Part shown: piece after piece, positions 22,463 to 35,919 of the stretch
How the letters are laid out: the number at the start of each line of letters is the position of its first letter
Numbering within the stretch: position 1 is the stretch's first letter
Assembly (NCBI GenBank): GCA_003693705.1
Contig: RBZT01000979.1
Span: 1-35,997, forward strand
DNA length: 35,997 nt
Source: Polymyxa betae A26-41
Taxonomy: Eukaryota; Protista; Endomyxa: Phytomyxea
Direction of reading: 5' to 3'
Made by a program: the position numbers and the translations under genes
Notes under the pieces: model-generated
Databases searched by the model: none
Seen by the model: the letters and a program-made list of their open reading frames with translations, nothing else
What the model was told of the DNA's origin: nothing

Positions 22463-22733
22463 TAATATAAATTCGTAATGTCCATACTAACATATTCCGA
22501 ATTTAATCCGTTGTTCCCCTCGTAATCAATTTCAACACGTTTTGTGAAATTGCCAAGTTTATGACAGAACAATTATATGAACTAACAGAACAATTCTGAT
22601 AACTGCAGACTACCTATAATGGCCAAAGATTTAGATCGTTCTCTGTTTGTATTAAAGAATTTTGTAACAAGAGTGCGTGACGCATCTTGTAGGTCGTAAT
22701 CATCAATTTTCAGCTGCGAATCTGTCCTGAACC

Positions 22734-23420
22734 ATGTCGGAATCTTGGCGACAGAATCAGGCTCTCGTGGACGATGACAAACCTGTGTGTCACATGATAT
22801 GCTTTCATCGCATTGTAGTAATTTTCATTCAGGTCGCAGCTGTCGTTGAGGGTGATTGGGACGACAGCGAAGACGAGGAAGTTACTCCTCCACCACCTCA
22901 GAAGCCAGCTGCTATCGCTAAACCTGCAGCTAAAGCACCACCTAAGAAGCAAGCTCTGGTGACAAAGGCTCCTGAATCAGCTCCATATGTCGAGCCGACT
23001 CCCGAACAGGTTGCTGCCGAAATCAAAGCTTCGCGGCTAGCCGATGCTGAAGATCTGTTTGGCTTGAATGAAAAAGAAGAACGCAAGGCTAAGAAACTGG
23101 ATGAACAATTTGATGAGCTGTCTTTGTCAACCGAAGACGATTATAGGTCGTTCGCTGGCTTAGTTGTCAGCCGTATTGAAGTGGAAAAACGAGGAAACCA
23201 CAAAAGAATGACTTTCTTGAAAGAAGTGCTGAAAGCTTCCTCGGCACCTTTATCGGCTGAGGAAGTTAATGAATTGAAATCGGTATTGAATGTGGTATTT
23301 AATGAGAAAAAGAAAGCACAGACGTCTAAAAAGAAACCGAAGAAAGCTGGCAAAAGTCTAAAAGTAGGCGGATTAGAAGATGATTTAGATAATGGCCAAG
23401 TATTTGAGGACGATTACTGA
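22734..23420 (+). CDS. EIF3J: Eukaryotic translation initiation factor 3 subunit J
   Basis: Acidic WDDSEDEE motif, AEDLFG, helical region LNVVFNEKKK, Lys-rich stretch and acidic C-terminus. Likely intron at 22785-22832. Confidence 0.8.
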   Translation: MSESWRQNQALVDDDKPVCHMICFHRIVVIFIQVAAVVEGDWDDSEDEEVTPPPPQKPAAIAKPAAKAPPKKQALVTKAPESAPYVEPTPEQVAAEIKASRLADAEDLFGLNEKEERKAKKLDEQFDELSLSTEDDYRSFAGLVVSRIEVEKRGNHKRMTFLKEVLKASSAPLSAEEVNELKSVLNVVFNEKKKAQTSKKKPKKAGKSLKVGGLEDDLDNGQVFEDDY

Positions 23421-23569
23421 TTGAAAAGCCAGTAATCTTCTTACTCTATCAGATCTGAAAAACTAAAATCAATATGCTATTACAATACTTATTGCATATG
23501 TTCAGATCTCACTTAATGGCGTTAAATCATTTAGCTGGCATTCCCCTTTTATATCAACCTTTGTACAAT

Positions 23570-25224
23570 CTAACTTGATTCTCGGTTTGGTTCTACCAAA
23601 GCGCCGACATGATTGCTTCCAGCGGCAACAGACAAAACTCGACGGTTATCAAAAGCTTCGATTAGCGTGGGATCTCGTAATGAATCTTTGTCGCCATGTC
23701 CTAAGCATAATGATCTGCCGTTGCCCCAACTAAACAAATTCCCTGCAGCAGTCAGAATTACACTAAAATTATGGCCAGCCGCGACTTGAATCACAGGGGA
23801 GTTCTAAAGCGTTTTTAAAAGGTGATAATGGGGCAGACACACAACTGACCCCTAGTTCAGTAGTAGTAAGCAAATAAGGGACCATCCATTGGCGATCGCC
23901 CCAAACAAAAACTAATCCCTCGTCTAGACAGCATTACTACAAAGAAACTTCCAACTCTACCACTAACCAGTGCATGCCAGAGTGTGTCGATCTGAACATG
24001 ATATGTCAACGATTTTCTGGTCCTTTAACGCTTCAACGAAAACAGGTACAGATTCTAACGAAAACATGTCCTGAAAGCGAATTCAGCAAATTCGCTGTGT
24101 TGCAAGCATTTACGAACAAGATTTCCAGATCCTCCAATACCAAGCTGCCCCGTATCGTTCTTTCCCCACATACTACGAGGTCAACTTAGATAATAATGTG
24201 ATGGGCAAATGCATAATAAATCATACAAAACACGACCTGAACGGTCAAGAGCAGCTGATGTCGCATTACTGGTCGATAACAGAACAATATTTTCTAATGT
24301 CTCAAGAAGGGAAGGAGTGAGAGCGTCCCCAGTCGAATTAATTCCCAAACGTCCATATTCCCCTCTATAATGACCCGAAAATTAAAAGGAGGAGAATTCG
24401 TACAAATATGTCTTGACTGACCGGCCCCAACTATAAACTTTTCCTTCAGAAGTTAGCGCCAATGTGTGATATTTTCCACATTTCACCTAACAGTATCAAA
24501 AGAAAATCCTGACTAAATAATGCATGAAGCACATCATACCTGAACAACTCGTTCATGAGAAAGTGCTTCAACTTGTTTAGGAGTATTAACAGTATTAATA
24601 TCACCATGACCAAGACCACCAGAAGAAAGCTTAAACCCTAGAAATCCTTGGCCACCCTAATATCATATGGCATTAAAATCACATTCATGTAAGATACAAA
24701 CAAGAATACCCATCCCCAGGTAAATACACGTCCATATTTAGTAACTGCTGCTGTATGATAATGGCCACAATCTACAGATTCAATCTGATCTCCTTCTTCT
24801 AATCCAATATCGACCTTGGTTGGGGCTGGTACCACCCCAGACGATGGTGTCAATAACCCCAATCGTCCATATTCTGCTTTACCTGGATATTTGACATATT
24901 ACTATCAGTTCAATTTTACCATTGATTCCAGCCAACCGAATGTCCATAGACGATTTGTAGCATCAATAGCACAAGAGTGATAAGCTCCAGCAGAAAACGA
25001 CTTCACAGCCTCATCCTTGTTATCAAATTCAAGTATTTCAGGCAGTAAAGAATCCTTGGTATCTCCTAATCCCAGTGTCCTGGGTCAAATGAGTTTTGGC
25101 CTGATAGCGAGTGATTTTAAATGCACCCTTGGGCCCCTTTGCCCCAGACATAACATTCAGATGGTTCTGATATCGGTCTAGTGGATGCGAATCTTGGTCT
25201 AATCTTTGATATAAATTTCATCAT
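23570..25224 (-). CDS. RCC1-repeat protein, probably mitochondrial (RCC1L-like), multi-exon
   Basis: Repeated CG.YHT...G.VFTWG..G.LGHG and AAGHNFS...LFSWGNG...LGHG motifs. Basic, acid-free N-terminus MMKFISKIRPRFAS. Confidence 0.85.
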
Positions 25225-25426
25225 GATTTTCTTATAAGACCGAAGCAGTAATGTCAAATGTGTTAACGATACACGGAGTCGGGATTGCGGTATATCGAAT
25301 ATCCGAATCTGCTGCCTGGCCCCAGGTTCTATATTATAACACCCCATTATCCCATCTTTAAGGCCACTCCTCTTCTAGGTTCCATCCCATCTAATTGTTG
25401 TCATATTCATAGATAAACATAATCAC

Positions 25427-28400
25427 ATGGGTCCGGTCCCTCATAACCATCAACAATGGGTTAAGACCATAGCAAAGCATTGCCCAGATCTTGACACCGA
25501 GATCGTTACCTATCTCGCCAGCATGGCCATTGACGAACCATCTACAAAGCAGGCCGCTGTAGCACTGGCAGAAGCTTTTCAAAATTATGATGCTGCACCT
25601 GACAGTTCGGAAGCACAACAGCTTTGCCAGCTGATTTTTGATGAGCTCGGCATCAAGCCTGTATCGTCATTGTATTTGTCTTTAGATAAGTAATTTAATT
25701 TGACTGTTGCAGGTGGATGATTCAAATGAACGTGAGGATGATGGTGATTATAATGAGGAGACAGTCGAATCTTCAGAAGAACTATCAATTGGACAGAAAG
25801 TAGTATGTCGTCATGGATCTGACAATATGTGGTATTCGGGTTCTGTCCTACGATGTAATTCAGACCAAGATGTCGTTGTATGGATTGATCGATTCAATCA
25901 AGAAATCAGTGTCTCCATTAAATCGGTTCGCATCGACCATCGTAGTGGCTTGAAGCTTTCCGAGCTTGCTTCTGGGTTCTCATCCGTTGAAGAGAAGCGA
26001 ATATCCATGAGAGATCGTATTGCTAAGGTGCAGTGCCATTGCATCCTCATATGTCTTGATTTCTCAATTCTGAATTAGGACGCTAACAAAATTTTAGAAA
26101 GCATGAGGGATGATAAAAAGAGACAAGTTAAAGAGGAAAAGCAGAGGTACTATTATCAGCTCATTGTATTCAGTGTTTTCTAACCTTCTTTCTAGAGTAA
26201 AGGCTGAAAAGGAGGCAGATTATAAGCGGAAATTAGCTCAAGCCCAGCTCCAAGCAGATCGCGATGCGAACACAGCGATGCAATTGAAGGTTCTGGCCGC
26301 TCAAGCAGCGGCAAACTCCATGGGTAACAAAGACGTCATTGTTACGAGTTTTTCGTTGCCTGCGATCGGAGGTGGCTCTGATCTTCTTGTTGACGCTGCT
26401 TTGAGATTCGCTTCCGGAAGAAGGTTGGGGTTTTGAATGCGAAAGACTCATCAGCCATATAATTATTGCTATCAGATATGGTCTCTGTGGGCGAAATGGA
26501 ATTGGAAAGTCGACTCTGTTAAAAGCCATCGCGTCATACGATATTAAGGGCTTTCCCATGAATGTCCGCGTCCTCTATGTTGAACAGGAAGTTCGAGGAA
26601 CCGATGTAAGTACATTAATCGATATGAATTGGTTAGATTGGCCACAGTAATGTTTTCGACAGACAACGGTACTTGGATGGGTGTTAAATGCTGACATTGA
26701 ACGTCAAGCTTTGTTGGAGGAAGAGGCAAAACTTACTGATGGTATAATCTCTTCAATCTTTCCGATAGTTTGTAACGTGCATCTCAGATCCGAATGGTGC
26801 TGAGAGACTTTCTCAAGTGTATGAAAGGCTCCGAGATATTGATGCTTGGGTACGACGGTTTCTTTCTTCCACGTATAACTCATTTTGTGACAGGGCGCTG
26901 ATGCTCGGGCTGCAAATATCTTGTCAGGATTGCAATTTACACCAGAAATGCAGCAGCTTCCTACAAAAGCATTGTCTGGAGGTTGGCGCATGCGAGTTGC
27001 TTTAGCCACTGCTTTATTTCTTCGTCCTGATCTGCTACTACTTGATGAGCCAACCAACGTTTGCTATTCTTTGTTTAGGGTTTATTCACTGTCTAATTAT
27101 TTGTATTAGCATTTGGATTTCCCTGCTGTGCTCTGGTTAGAGAAATACCTCTGCGATCTGCCGTCAACGTTGGTAGTAGTTTCGCATGATCGTGTCTTCA
27201 TCAACAATGTGGTTACCGATGTTGTCCATCAAGTATTCTTATCGTCTGTCATTTGATATCTCCCAATGACTTTCCGTAGGAAAATCGGACGCTGACGTAC
27301 TGTAAAGGAAACTACGATGCCTTTGAAAAGACTCGAGCTGACGCTAATAAGCAACAACACAAGGTGGCCCGTCTCATTCTGTGAAACGCGTTGGTTTATT
27401 CTTTTGATGCAGTTGCACGAAGCCAATGACCGGAAACGTCGCCACATGCAGTCGTTCATTGATCGATTCCGATATAATGCCAATCGAGCTCGACTTGTTC
27501 AATCAAGTACAGTAACACCATTCAATATTTAATTTGTTAAACTTGCAAAATAGGGATTAAAGCAATGGAAAGACTCGGAGTTGTTGATGATGTTGAAGAG
27601 GTTGGAATTCTTTGCTCCCCTTACAGTTCTCGTTTTAACGTTATATTAAGGACTCTTTGTTTCGATTCGATTTTCCAGATCCGGAACCTTTACAGAAGCA
27701 CATCGTCCAGTTCGACGATGTTGTTTTCGATTACAAAGCGAATTCAGAGTCTCCTCTGTTGAGCAATATCAACATTAGGCTTGACATGGATTCCAGAGTC
27801 GGGGTCATTGGTTAGATCATTATAGTTTAATTTTGGCCGACTCGAACTGACAATGAAACTTCTTAGGAGCCAACGGCTGTGGTAAGACAACGTTGGTGAA
27901 ATTGATGACAGGTAAGCTTCATGACAGCTGAATCTTTCATTTTTTCAGTTTACATTCAGGGCAACTCTCCCCACAGTCAGGATATGTCTGGATCAATCCA
28001 TCTGCCCGAATTGAAGTCTTCACGCAGCACCATATTGACCAACTTGATCTTAGCATTTGTGCTTTGGAATATTTCCGAAAAGTATTTCCACAGTTTGAAT
28101 TGCAACAGATCAGAAATCATCTGGGCAGATTTGGTAATCTGGCATTTTTTTACTCTACTTTCTCTGTTGTTAAATCTCTGGTAGGTGTTGGAGGTGATCT
28201 TGCGACCCAGACCATTGGAACGCTTTCAGGTGGACAGAAAAGCAGAGTTGCATTCGCAAAAATTACGGTAATCACTGCATTGGACCTATTATATCTCTAA
28301 GTCTTTGATGTCTAGATACTAAAACCCCATCTAATCATAATGGATGAACCAACTAACCACATGGACCTTGAAACGGTTGACACATTGTTGAATGCCCTTT

Positions 28401-28597
28401 CAACATTCGGGGGCGGAGCATTACTGATTTCTCACGATCAACACTTTTTGGTTGTTAACACTATTGGCCTTATGTCAGATTCTGACACTTTGTCATAGAT
28501 GAACGTTGCTACCGAGTATTGGTCTGTTTCCAATGGAAAAGTAACCTGGCTGGAGTCATTCCAAGCTGCTAAATCCCATACGTATGCAAACTTATAA
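25427..28597 (+). CDS. ABCF3: ABC-F ATPase ABCF3/GCN20 with an N-terminal Tudor-like insert, multi-exon
   Basis: N-terminal DTEIVTYL, Walker [10 protein letters not shown] and GANGCGKTT, signatures LSGGWRMR and [14 protein letters not shown] twice, linker [16 protein letters not shown]. No TM segments. Confidence 0.92.
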
Positions 28598-28670
28598 TGC
28601 GTTGCTAATTGTACCAATCTATATAAACGTTGAATGTGCTCTCCATTCCTCTCTCGATCAGGAGTTGTGA

Positions 28671-29102
28671 TTATTCATATCGAATTATATTTAATACGAG
28701 GTCGACGAAATCGACAAAGTGCTGGTTGTTTTCAAGCTCTTTAGCTAAAACAACTTTAGGATCTGGACAACGAATGATGCTTCTTATAATTGCCTGCAAT
28801 TCCGAAGTTGATAAAGCTCGTTTGAGCTCCTCGGAAGATTCTGACAAACGATGAATAATCGTAAACAGACACAATGACCATCCCTGACCTAGAAGTTCAA
28901 CCTGTGCTTGTGATAACATTGACGAGTCTTGTAGTATCGAGGAGTCGCTGACGACCTGCTTGGCAGCCAAATCAGAGCGGACACACCCATCTGCTTGGTG
29001 ATGCTTATAGCATTGCACCGAACAGAATTTGACTAGAGCGCATGTCGAACATTTATATTTGAAAGGTGCATGGTGGCAAATTTGACAAGGCGAATCAGAC
29101 AT
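28671..29102 (-). CDS. ZNHIT3: Zinc finger HIT-domain protein 3 (Hit1; box C/D snoRNP assembly)
   Basis: CQIC....KYKC..C....CSVQCYKHH plus a helical C-terminal domain (S.ELK.AL...LQ.II..I...F..FVD..L). Likely 48-nt intron at 28841-28888. Confidence 0.85.
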   Translation of the reverse strand: MSDSPCQICHHAPFKYKCSTCALVKFCSVQCYKHHQADGCVRSDLAAKQVVSDSSILQDSSMLSQAQVELLGQGWSLCLFTIIHRLSESSEELKRALSTSELQAIIRSIIRCPDPKVVLAKELENNQHFVDFVDLVLNIIRYE

Positions 29103-29514
29103 GAACTGAAACTACTCAGATAATGAATAATTGAATCAGTTCCAGAATAATCGCGCAATCAGTAGGCGAATTAATGCCAAAATATTCATTAGATTAATAC
29201 CGGTACGTTGATCCTGAGAAAAAAGCAGCCGTTTACTGGTTTGAGATGATTTTCTTTATTCAACTTCCCAAGATAAGAACTATTTATTCTCAGAATACGA
29301 AGATGTATAAGTCGGAGACATTCATTGTGTCGGTGTCTAGTTTGACTAGTGAGGACGGAGCGAATTTGATTGAATATTCCTGGTGCGAGGGATAGATCCG
29401 GTTGACAGGTCACCCATGTTATCGACTATGAGAATAATTGATGCCTCGTGAACCGTCTCTCATAGAATCAATATATACAGTGCATTTATATGTATAAATA
29501 AAAACCCTTCCGCT

Positions 29515-31365
29515 TCACCAAGCATGGATCATCGATTTAGCCTCATCAACAACCGATGATCGATCACCCTGTATGAGTTTCAGTTATCAAATAGGATAAT
29601 ACTAGAACTGGGATAGTACCTCTTTGTACAACGATCCTGATTCGTTGCCATTAGTAACTTTACTTACCAAACCAATTGGATAATGGACCTCGTAATCTCC
29701 ATTGGAGTGACGATATTTCATAACACCATCTATAAGTCAGTAAGCTGATGTACAAACAGCACTGACTTAATACCACCAGAATATATAATCTGTTTGCTTC
29801 CATCTGGATAATGAGTTTCTTTCTGACCTCCTGGGAACTCGAATTTCTGTACCCCATCTGAGAGGGTGATATGCAAAATCCCATCAGCAGCATATCGATA
29901 TTCTTCCCGATCTGGATAAATCTAAAACCGTCTGATTGGCAGTTTGTTTAACCATCTCAGTACTCACATATCGTTCGTCTCCATTGGCGAACTTCATCTG
30001 AATATGCCCATTTGCATAGACAGTTTTAACCGCACCATTCGCGAATTTTGTGACGATGGAGCCGTCCTCCTGAACAGTGACAGTCCTTCCATCAGGATGA
30101 AGCTAAATATCATTATAAGAAACAACCAAACACAGAAACCAGTTACGCACGACGGGTTCGGAACCAGAACGATCTTCTCTGGAGGCGCGCCTCTTTATCG
30201 ATTTATGCAGTTCGCCTAATTGTTCATGACTGCCAGTTGTAGACCCTCTGGAATCGCCTTCAGTATTCTTGTGCCATTGTTGAAGACGTCTCGATTCAAC
30301 AGCTTGTAAATCCGCCTTCAGCTGACCGTTCGCTTCTTTCAATTGATCGATCTCAACCTAATCTTATCTTTAATACGGCTAGATCAACCATACAAAAGCA
30401 GAGCACCTTTTGCCTGGATATCTCGGCTTTAAGTTTCGAGATGCTAAATTGCGATTTCTCTTGATAAGAGACGAGGGCGGCTTCAGCATGCTCTACTCTG
30501 AAATTAAACAGAATTAGGAAGGAATCATTGCTGATAGAGCATAATGCGACCTGTCACGAATAGTTCGATCAGGTAGCTGAGCCTGTAATAGCAGTTGACT
30601 CTGTCGATCCAATTCAGCTTTCTGCTTCCTCATCTGAACCACAATTTAGAACTGGAGAATTTGCCACAACAACATGCTGAAGACCTCTTTCAGAAATTTT
30701 TGTTTTTCATTGTTAAAAGCGACCCGCTCGTGTTGCAGTTCGTCTGCTGTAGAATTGGCTTTCTCAATGCCCTGTTTAATCTGATAAGCCAGCTCCCGAT
30801 TTCGCTCCCTCAATTTGGCATTCTGTTTGGCCAATGCAGCACAATCACCAGCTGCAATCGCATTCGCTTTTAATTGCACTATTTCAGCATGTGCTGCTTT
30901 TAATTGTGATGTTAACGATGTCACCTGATCACATCATATTGTTATGTCAAGCACATAGCAAACCAATATCAATATTTCCTCACCTCGTTATTTAATCCTG
31001 CTATTACAGCTTTAGCAGTAGCATTCAATTCTCTTCGAGATTCCAAACCTGGAACCAAACCACGACATTCCTCTGGGCCTTTAAATGTATGAGCCGGGGC
31101 TGTTTCATAGAATCGGTCAACTAATGCGAATCGTTGTGGTTCCTTCTGTTAAAATCAGATGAGCATGAAAATCAGAGCGGATGGCATCTGTCCTAACCTT
31201 GGGACGTCTGCGAACCTGATCAATATGAAGGCGACCGTTGCCATTAGGCTGATCGGAAGAACTGCTGACGATCAACTGTTCGAGACGTCTATATTCATCG
31301 ATATCTTTCTGGTCATCGCGTCGTCTCTGAGCCCAGCTGAACTTGGTGTTCTGGGCAGAAACCAT
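29515..31365 (-). CDS. SAS4: Centriolar protein SAS-4/CPAP (TCP10/G-box domain), multi-exon
   Basis: N-terminal DIDEYRRLEQ (PN2-3-like), a coiled coil, and C-terminal beta-hairpin repeats HPDGRTV...FANGAVKTVYANGHIQMKFANGD...FPGGQKETHYPDGSKQIIY. Confidence 0.85.
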
Positions 31366-31814
31366 AGAACAGGACCCAGTAATAATGATTATATAAATAC
31401 AGATCAAGTATTGTTACACACTTTGATTACATCACACACTATCGCATTTTATTCACATTTTCTCTCACTTTAACAAATTTTGTGCTACTGTACCTAAATA
31501 CAGATCAACTCACACCATGAATGCATGATACAAATCAAGAGAATTCAGTTGTAGTATGGGTCTCTAATTTCTTAACGAATTCAATATTTTACTTTCATAA
31601 TATTTTCTCAATGCTTCGAACACAATATACTGCTGGGGATTTTGGTAGTGCCTCTGAAATAGAGCTAATGCAGTAGCGCTTATAGACACATGGTTGATGT
31701 TCATTACAATGAAGGATGCTATAAAGATTGATCTCATACTTCTGCATTAAGCCTCGAACTATAACGCTATATACCTGTATCATACACTATTATATACAAA
31801 TTCATTACATCAAT

Positions 31815-32150
31815 ATGTCATATCGACCTGCAATACAGAGCTTTGCAGCTGGTCTTATTGTTGGATCTGGAGCATATCTGGTCGTACGAGAATCTATCTA
31901 TTCAGCTCATCAAGCTGTCCTGAATCGTCTCGACCATGATGAGACCAAGGTTTGGTACTCGAGCTCGTATGGTGATCAAGTGTTGAATGTTGTGTAGCAG
32001 GGACCATTACCCTCATTAAAGCAATTCATGTATGATGATGGAGAACCTACACCAATGATAACCCGAGTTGCAGATCAAGCTGCTAATGCATGGAATACAT
32101 CTGTATTGAAGGTTCATCATATGATCACATCAATTCTGTTTAATCGTTGA
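31815..32150 (+). CDS. MICOS subunit Mic12/Mic13 (QIL1)-like small protein, 2 exons
   Basis: N-terminal TM with GxxxG (FAAGLIVGSGAY), one intron, and a C-terminal WN motif (AANAWNTSV). About 95 aa. Confidence 0.65.
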
Positions 32151-32358
32151 CAAAATCCAACCATTCGTCATATACAGTTGACAGTTGATAATATATCTCA
32201 AATGGAAATAAATTCCACACAATCCAATACCTTATCAAAGTTCGTCCGATTTATGGTTTAAAATAATTCATGGGAATGATCCGATGAGTCAACCTCGTCA
32301 CAACTCGGAAGATCCAACAATTTGATTTCGTTGACTTCCAACTCGTACACACTCTAAG

Positions 32359-32941
32359 ATGTCGTTAATCGCTAGATTCGTGTACCGATCACTTTTGAGT
32401 AAGTAATGATGCCAAAGAAAGTGTTTACTGATAAAGTTGATCAGGAAACAATAAGATGAGAGATGTTGCATCTCCAATAACAATGGTAATTCCATTATTA
32501 ACTACAGGATCTGGTATTGCATTATACAATTATCATATTCATGGTATCACCATTATCAAACAAATCCTTATTCGGACAGCATTGATGAGATTGTTTCTAG
32601 GGCTTACGATGAAGAATGAATCTGATCAAGAATCATGTTCAGACCCGGTCCTCGTCTGTGAATATGATAACGACATCGTTGTTGAATCAAGCACGATCAT
32701 TGACACAGAATCAGCTGATAATCACATTGTACTTGATAATAATGTTGATGTACAAGAATCTGTGACAAATTTATCCCAAGAACAAGTCAGTTATGATGAT
32801 GTTACAATTGTTTCTGCTACTGAACAGATATCATCAACTACAACCTCTGATGTCATTATCCATATTGATATTGGATCATTGATCTCTATTGCTCAGTCCA
32901 GTATGTCTTCATTCAACCGACGAGTTCTGTCCCATCAATAA
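32359..32941 (+). CDS. Hypothetical small protein, possibly mitochondrial
   Basis: ATG 32359 MSLIARFVYRSLL|R splices in frame (gtaagt...gatcag) into the 32456 ORF. One hydrophobic segment is followed by an acidic region. Confidence 0.5.
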
Positions 32942-33001
32942 AATGACAAGATAGAGAGAGATATTCGATCGGTAGAAGTACTCGTATTGTGATTATTTGT
33001 T

Positions 33002-35709
33002 ATGTCATCTGATCAGGGAGGACCTGGCCATGTTCATAGAACAGGTCCTAGACGATTTCAAACAGTTCAATATGATAAGATTGCTCAGTTATTCTGTGAT
33101 CCATTAACTAAATCACTTCGAGATCGTCAGGCCAGTAATTTACGACGAATTGTGTCACAAAATCCTAATGGAATCCATCTGGGCGATTTATCTCAAATTA
33201 TTCGTATTTGTGATCTGACCTTAGACGCCATGCTTGAAGATGTGAATGCAATCGACATATTATTACCTCCTATCTGTGATCTAATTCAATTATTATCTAA
33301 TGGATTCTGTACTGAACGTACATGTGAATATGATCAATATCATGAGTCTATCATTGCATATTTGAAATGGATCTGGAAAGCATCTTCCATTCAAATTGGA
33401 CAAAGTCGCCAATTAAATATCACATCATGCGATGCACTTCGTCGTTATTTCAATACTGATAAAGTTTGGCAATATTCAATGCCAGATCGATGCTTACAGA
33501 CATTACCAGATGAACTCCAACGATGGCGTCCAATGCAAGATGTTGCTGAAAGTGACATTATCAATGACATGGTTAAATCGATAATCGATACTGATTGTAA
33601 TGAGAATATTTTCCCATCCCGAGCCATGTTATTACGAGATCTTTCAATGTCGCCTATTACAGGCGCCCAATTATTATCTGAACAATGTCATCTACTAGCA
33701 GCATTAGCAGTATTATTACATACTAATAGAAGAGATGTAATAGTGGGTTTAGCAGTTGAGACAATCTGGAATCTATTCGAGCAATGTCACACATTGGCTT
33801 CAATTCGATTAGGCCACGATTTCATCGTGAAATCATTCACCACAATATTATCTGCAATATTTCAACCTGGATCCAGTTTACAAAGTAGAGGTCTTCGTAA
33901 TCAAATATTAGGCACATTAACATTCATCTCCAGAATTCCTGAGATTGGGCCAGTATTCGTCCGGACCGGATTGATTGAATTTCTGCTAGCCCATTCTATC
34001 GATTTGGAATTAGGTCGAATTAATTCCACATCATTCCAACTTGAAGATGTGGAGATGAAGAAATTGATCTGGACTCTGATATCAGATTTAACATCAGAAC
34101 CACGTTGTATATCAATATATGCATCAGGCTCATTAATTCCAGCATTGTTAGTTCATGCAGATATTGGATCAGGGCCAGCATCACTTCACGTATTAATCCA
34201 AGTAGATCGCCATTCATTGGCTCTATCAGCATTCCAATTGTTAAATGTTCTAGTCCCGAAACTCAGTCGAGTATTTCATCGGGAGAACGGCTTAAAACGA
34301 ATGTCTCAGTTTCTTCGCGTTGGCAATGATCGTGTTGCTGAACTAGATCGAGTCGCCATCTCAGTTCTATTGAAAGCATGCAAATCTCACGATGATTGTC
34401 TCAATATTATTGAAGATATCTGTGTGATATTCACAGATTCCAGCCGATTATCACAGGTTAGATCGGATCTAGCCGTCCTACTGGCCCATTGCACATCATT
34501 GGCTCCGACCGGTGATGTCCTGAGGAATACTGGAGCTCTAGATGCTGCTATCAATTCCATTGCTGATGTGAAGTCCAGTGTGAAATTGATTGCATCATCA
34601 TTGTATATTGTTAAACAGGCATGTAGTGGTCATGAACATAATCTGAAATATTTCCTGGAACAAGATGGGGTTCAGTTAGTTATGCAACTGTTAACATCAT
34701 CACCATCGAAAGAACTACAACGTGCTGCTATGACCTTTATAGACGATCTTACTGTGCAATTTCATACAATCATGCTGCAGTTGATCGATTACAAACCGGC
34801 TTTGAATGCTAACCTGATCACATCATTATTGAATGTTTGGAGATCTGAATGTAATATGATGAAGGGCAGATGTATTCATGGACCAATATCATCAACACGA
34901 TCATGTCATGGTCAATGCCATATTAGTGCAGATTATGAGAAAGAACCAGTTGTTTCTAATCAGCAAATATCAATGCTATCCACATTGTCTCGAATCATTC
35001 AGCGAATAACAGAGATTAATGCCATTACCTCGCCAGATGATATATTTCAGATCTCTATGGTAATATTGATAGATAGCATATAGTCAATATGATGATCAAT
35101 GAGATAATTCTACCAGATTGCTATGTACGATGATATTCGCATCTGTAACGCCTGGTCGGAATGTGTCATTAACCATGGTCTTGATGGAACTGGACCTCAG
35201 TTCTTAAATACTGATCTGGAACCCATGAGAAATCGAATGGAGTGCTTATCACGATCAATTGAGTGTCGAATCGAGCAAGCTCGATCAGATGCTGAACAAG
35301 CCCGCCAGGTAGACAGTACTTCTGTAAACAGAAATGATACAATCTGGATATCTGACGAGTGATAAAGGAGCAAGAGGCCAAATTCGGTGAATTTGCTCAA
35401 ACGATTCGAATGTTTATCGATCAGCGACGTAATCCTCCAGAACATAAAATACTAACCGGGGCGTCTACTCTGGTAGCTTCATCTCGATTAAAATTGAGTA
35501 AAGAGCAGAAGAAGGAGATGTGTAGTACAGCGCTGCAACTAGATAAGACTATGGAGCATATATTACAGAATAACATTCAAGGTCTATCTATCATAGAAAA
35601 AACTCGTGATTATATAGATGATGTGGTGCTTGGTGATCCAGTTCTCTATCAAGTATGGAGTGCTATGGAGAAGATACGACCTGGATCTGGTAGTCAGCAT
35701 ATTTCGTAA
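33002..35709 (+). CDS. CFAP69: Cilia- and flagella-associated protein 69 (ARM-like), spliced at the 3' end
   Basis: KIAQLFCDPLT..LRDRQ...LRRIV...NGIHLGDLSQI, VETIWNLFE, LRNQIL and EDVEMKKLIW match the CFAP69 pattern as I recall it. ARM-like helical body. Confidence 0.75.
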
Positions 35710-35919
35710 TATAATCATAATATCAATAGCTTACCAGATCATAATCTAACGCCTCAATGAATTTAGCCAACCCGTGATCTCCTGAATTTGCGACGTCCAA
35801 ACCAAAGTGATAGCAGAGGAGATGTTATAATGAATCTTGACACCAATACTTGTGGCAGTTGTTGAAATTGCTGGTACAATGGTTAGAACATATGAGAGTT
35901 GATTGATATAGAGCTGATT

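Noticed and set aside
29120-29460. Possible small spliced gene divergent from ZNHIT3
   Set aside because: No consistent start-to-stop model and no recognisable homology.
35746-35871. Terminal exon of a minus-strand gene entering from beyond the window
   Set aside because: There is a plausible acceptor, but the reading frame and product cannot be determined here.
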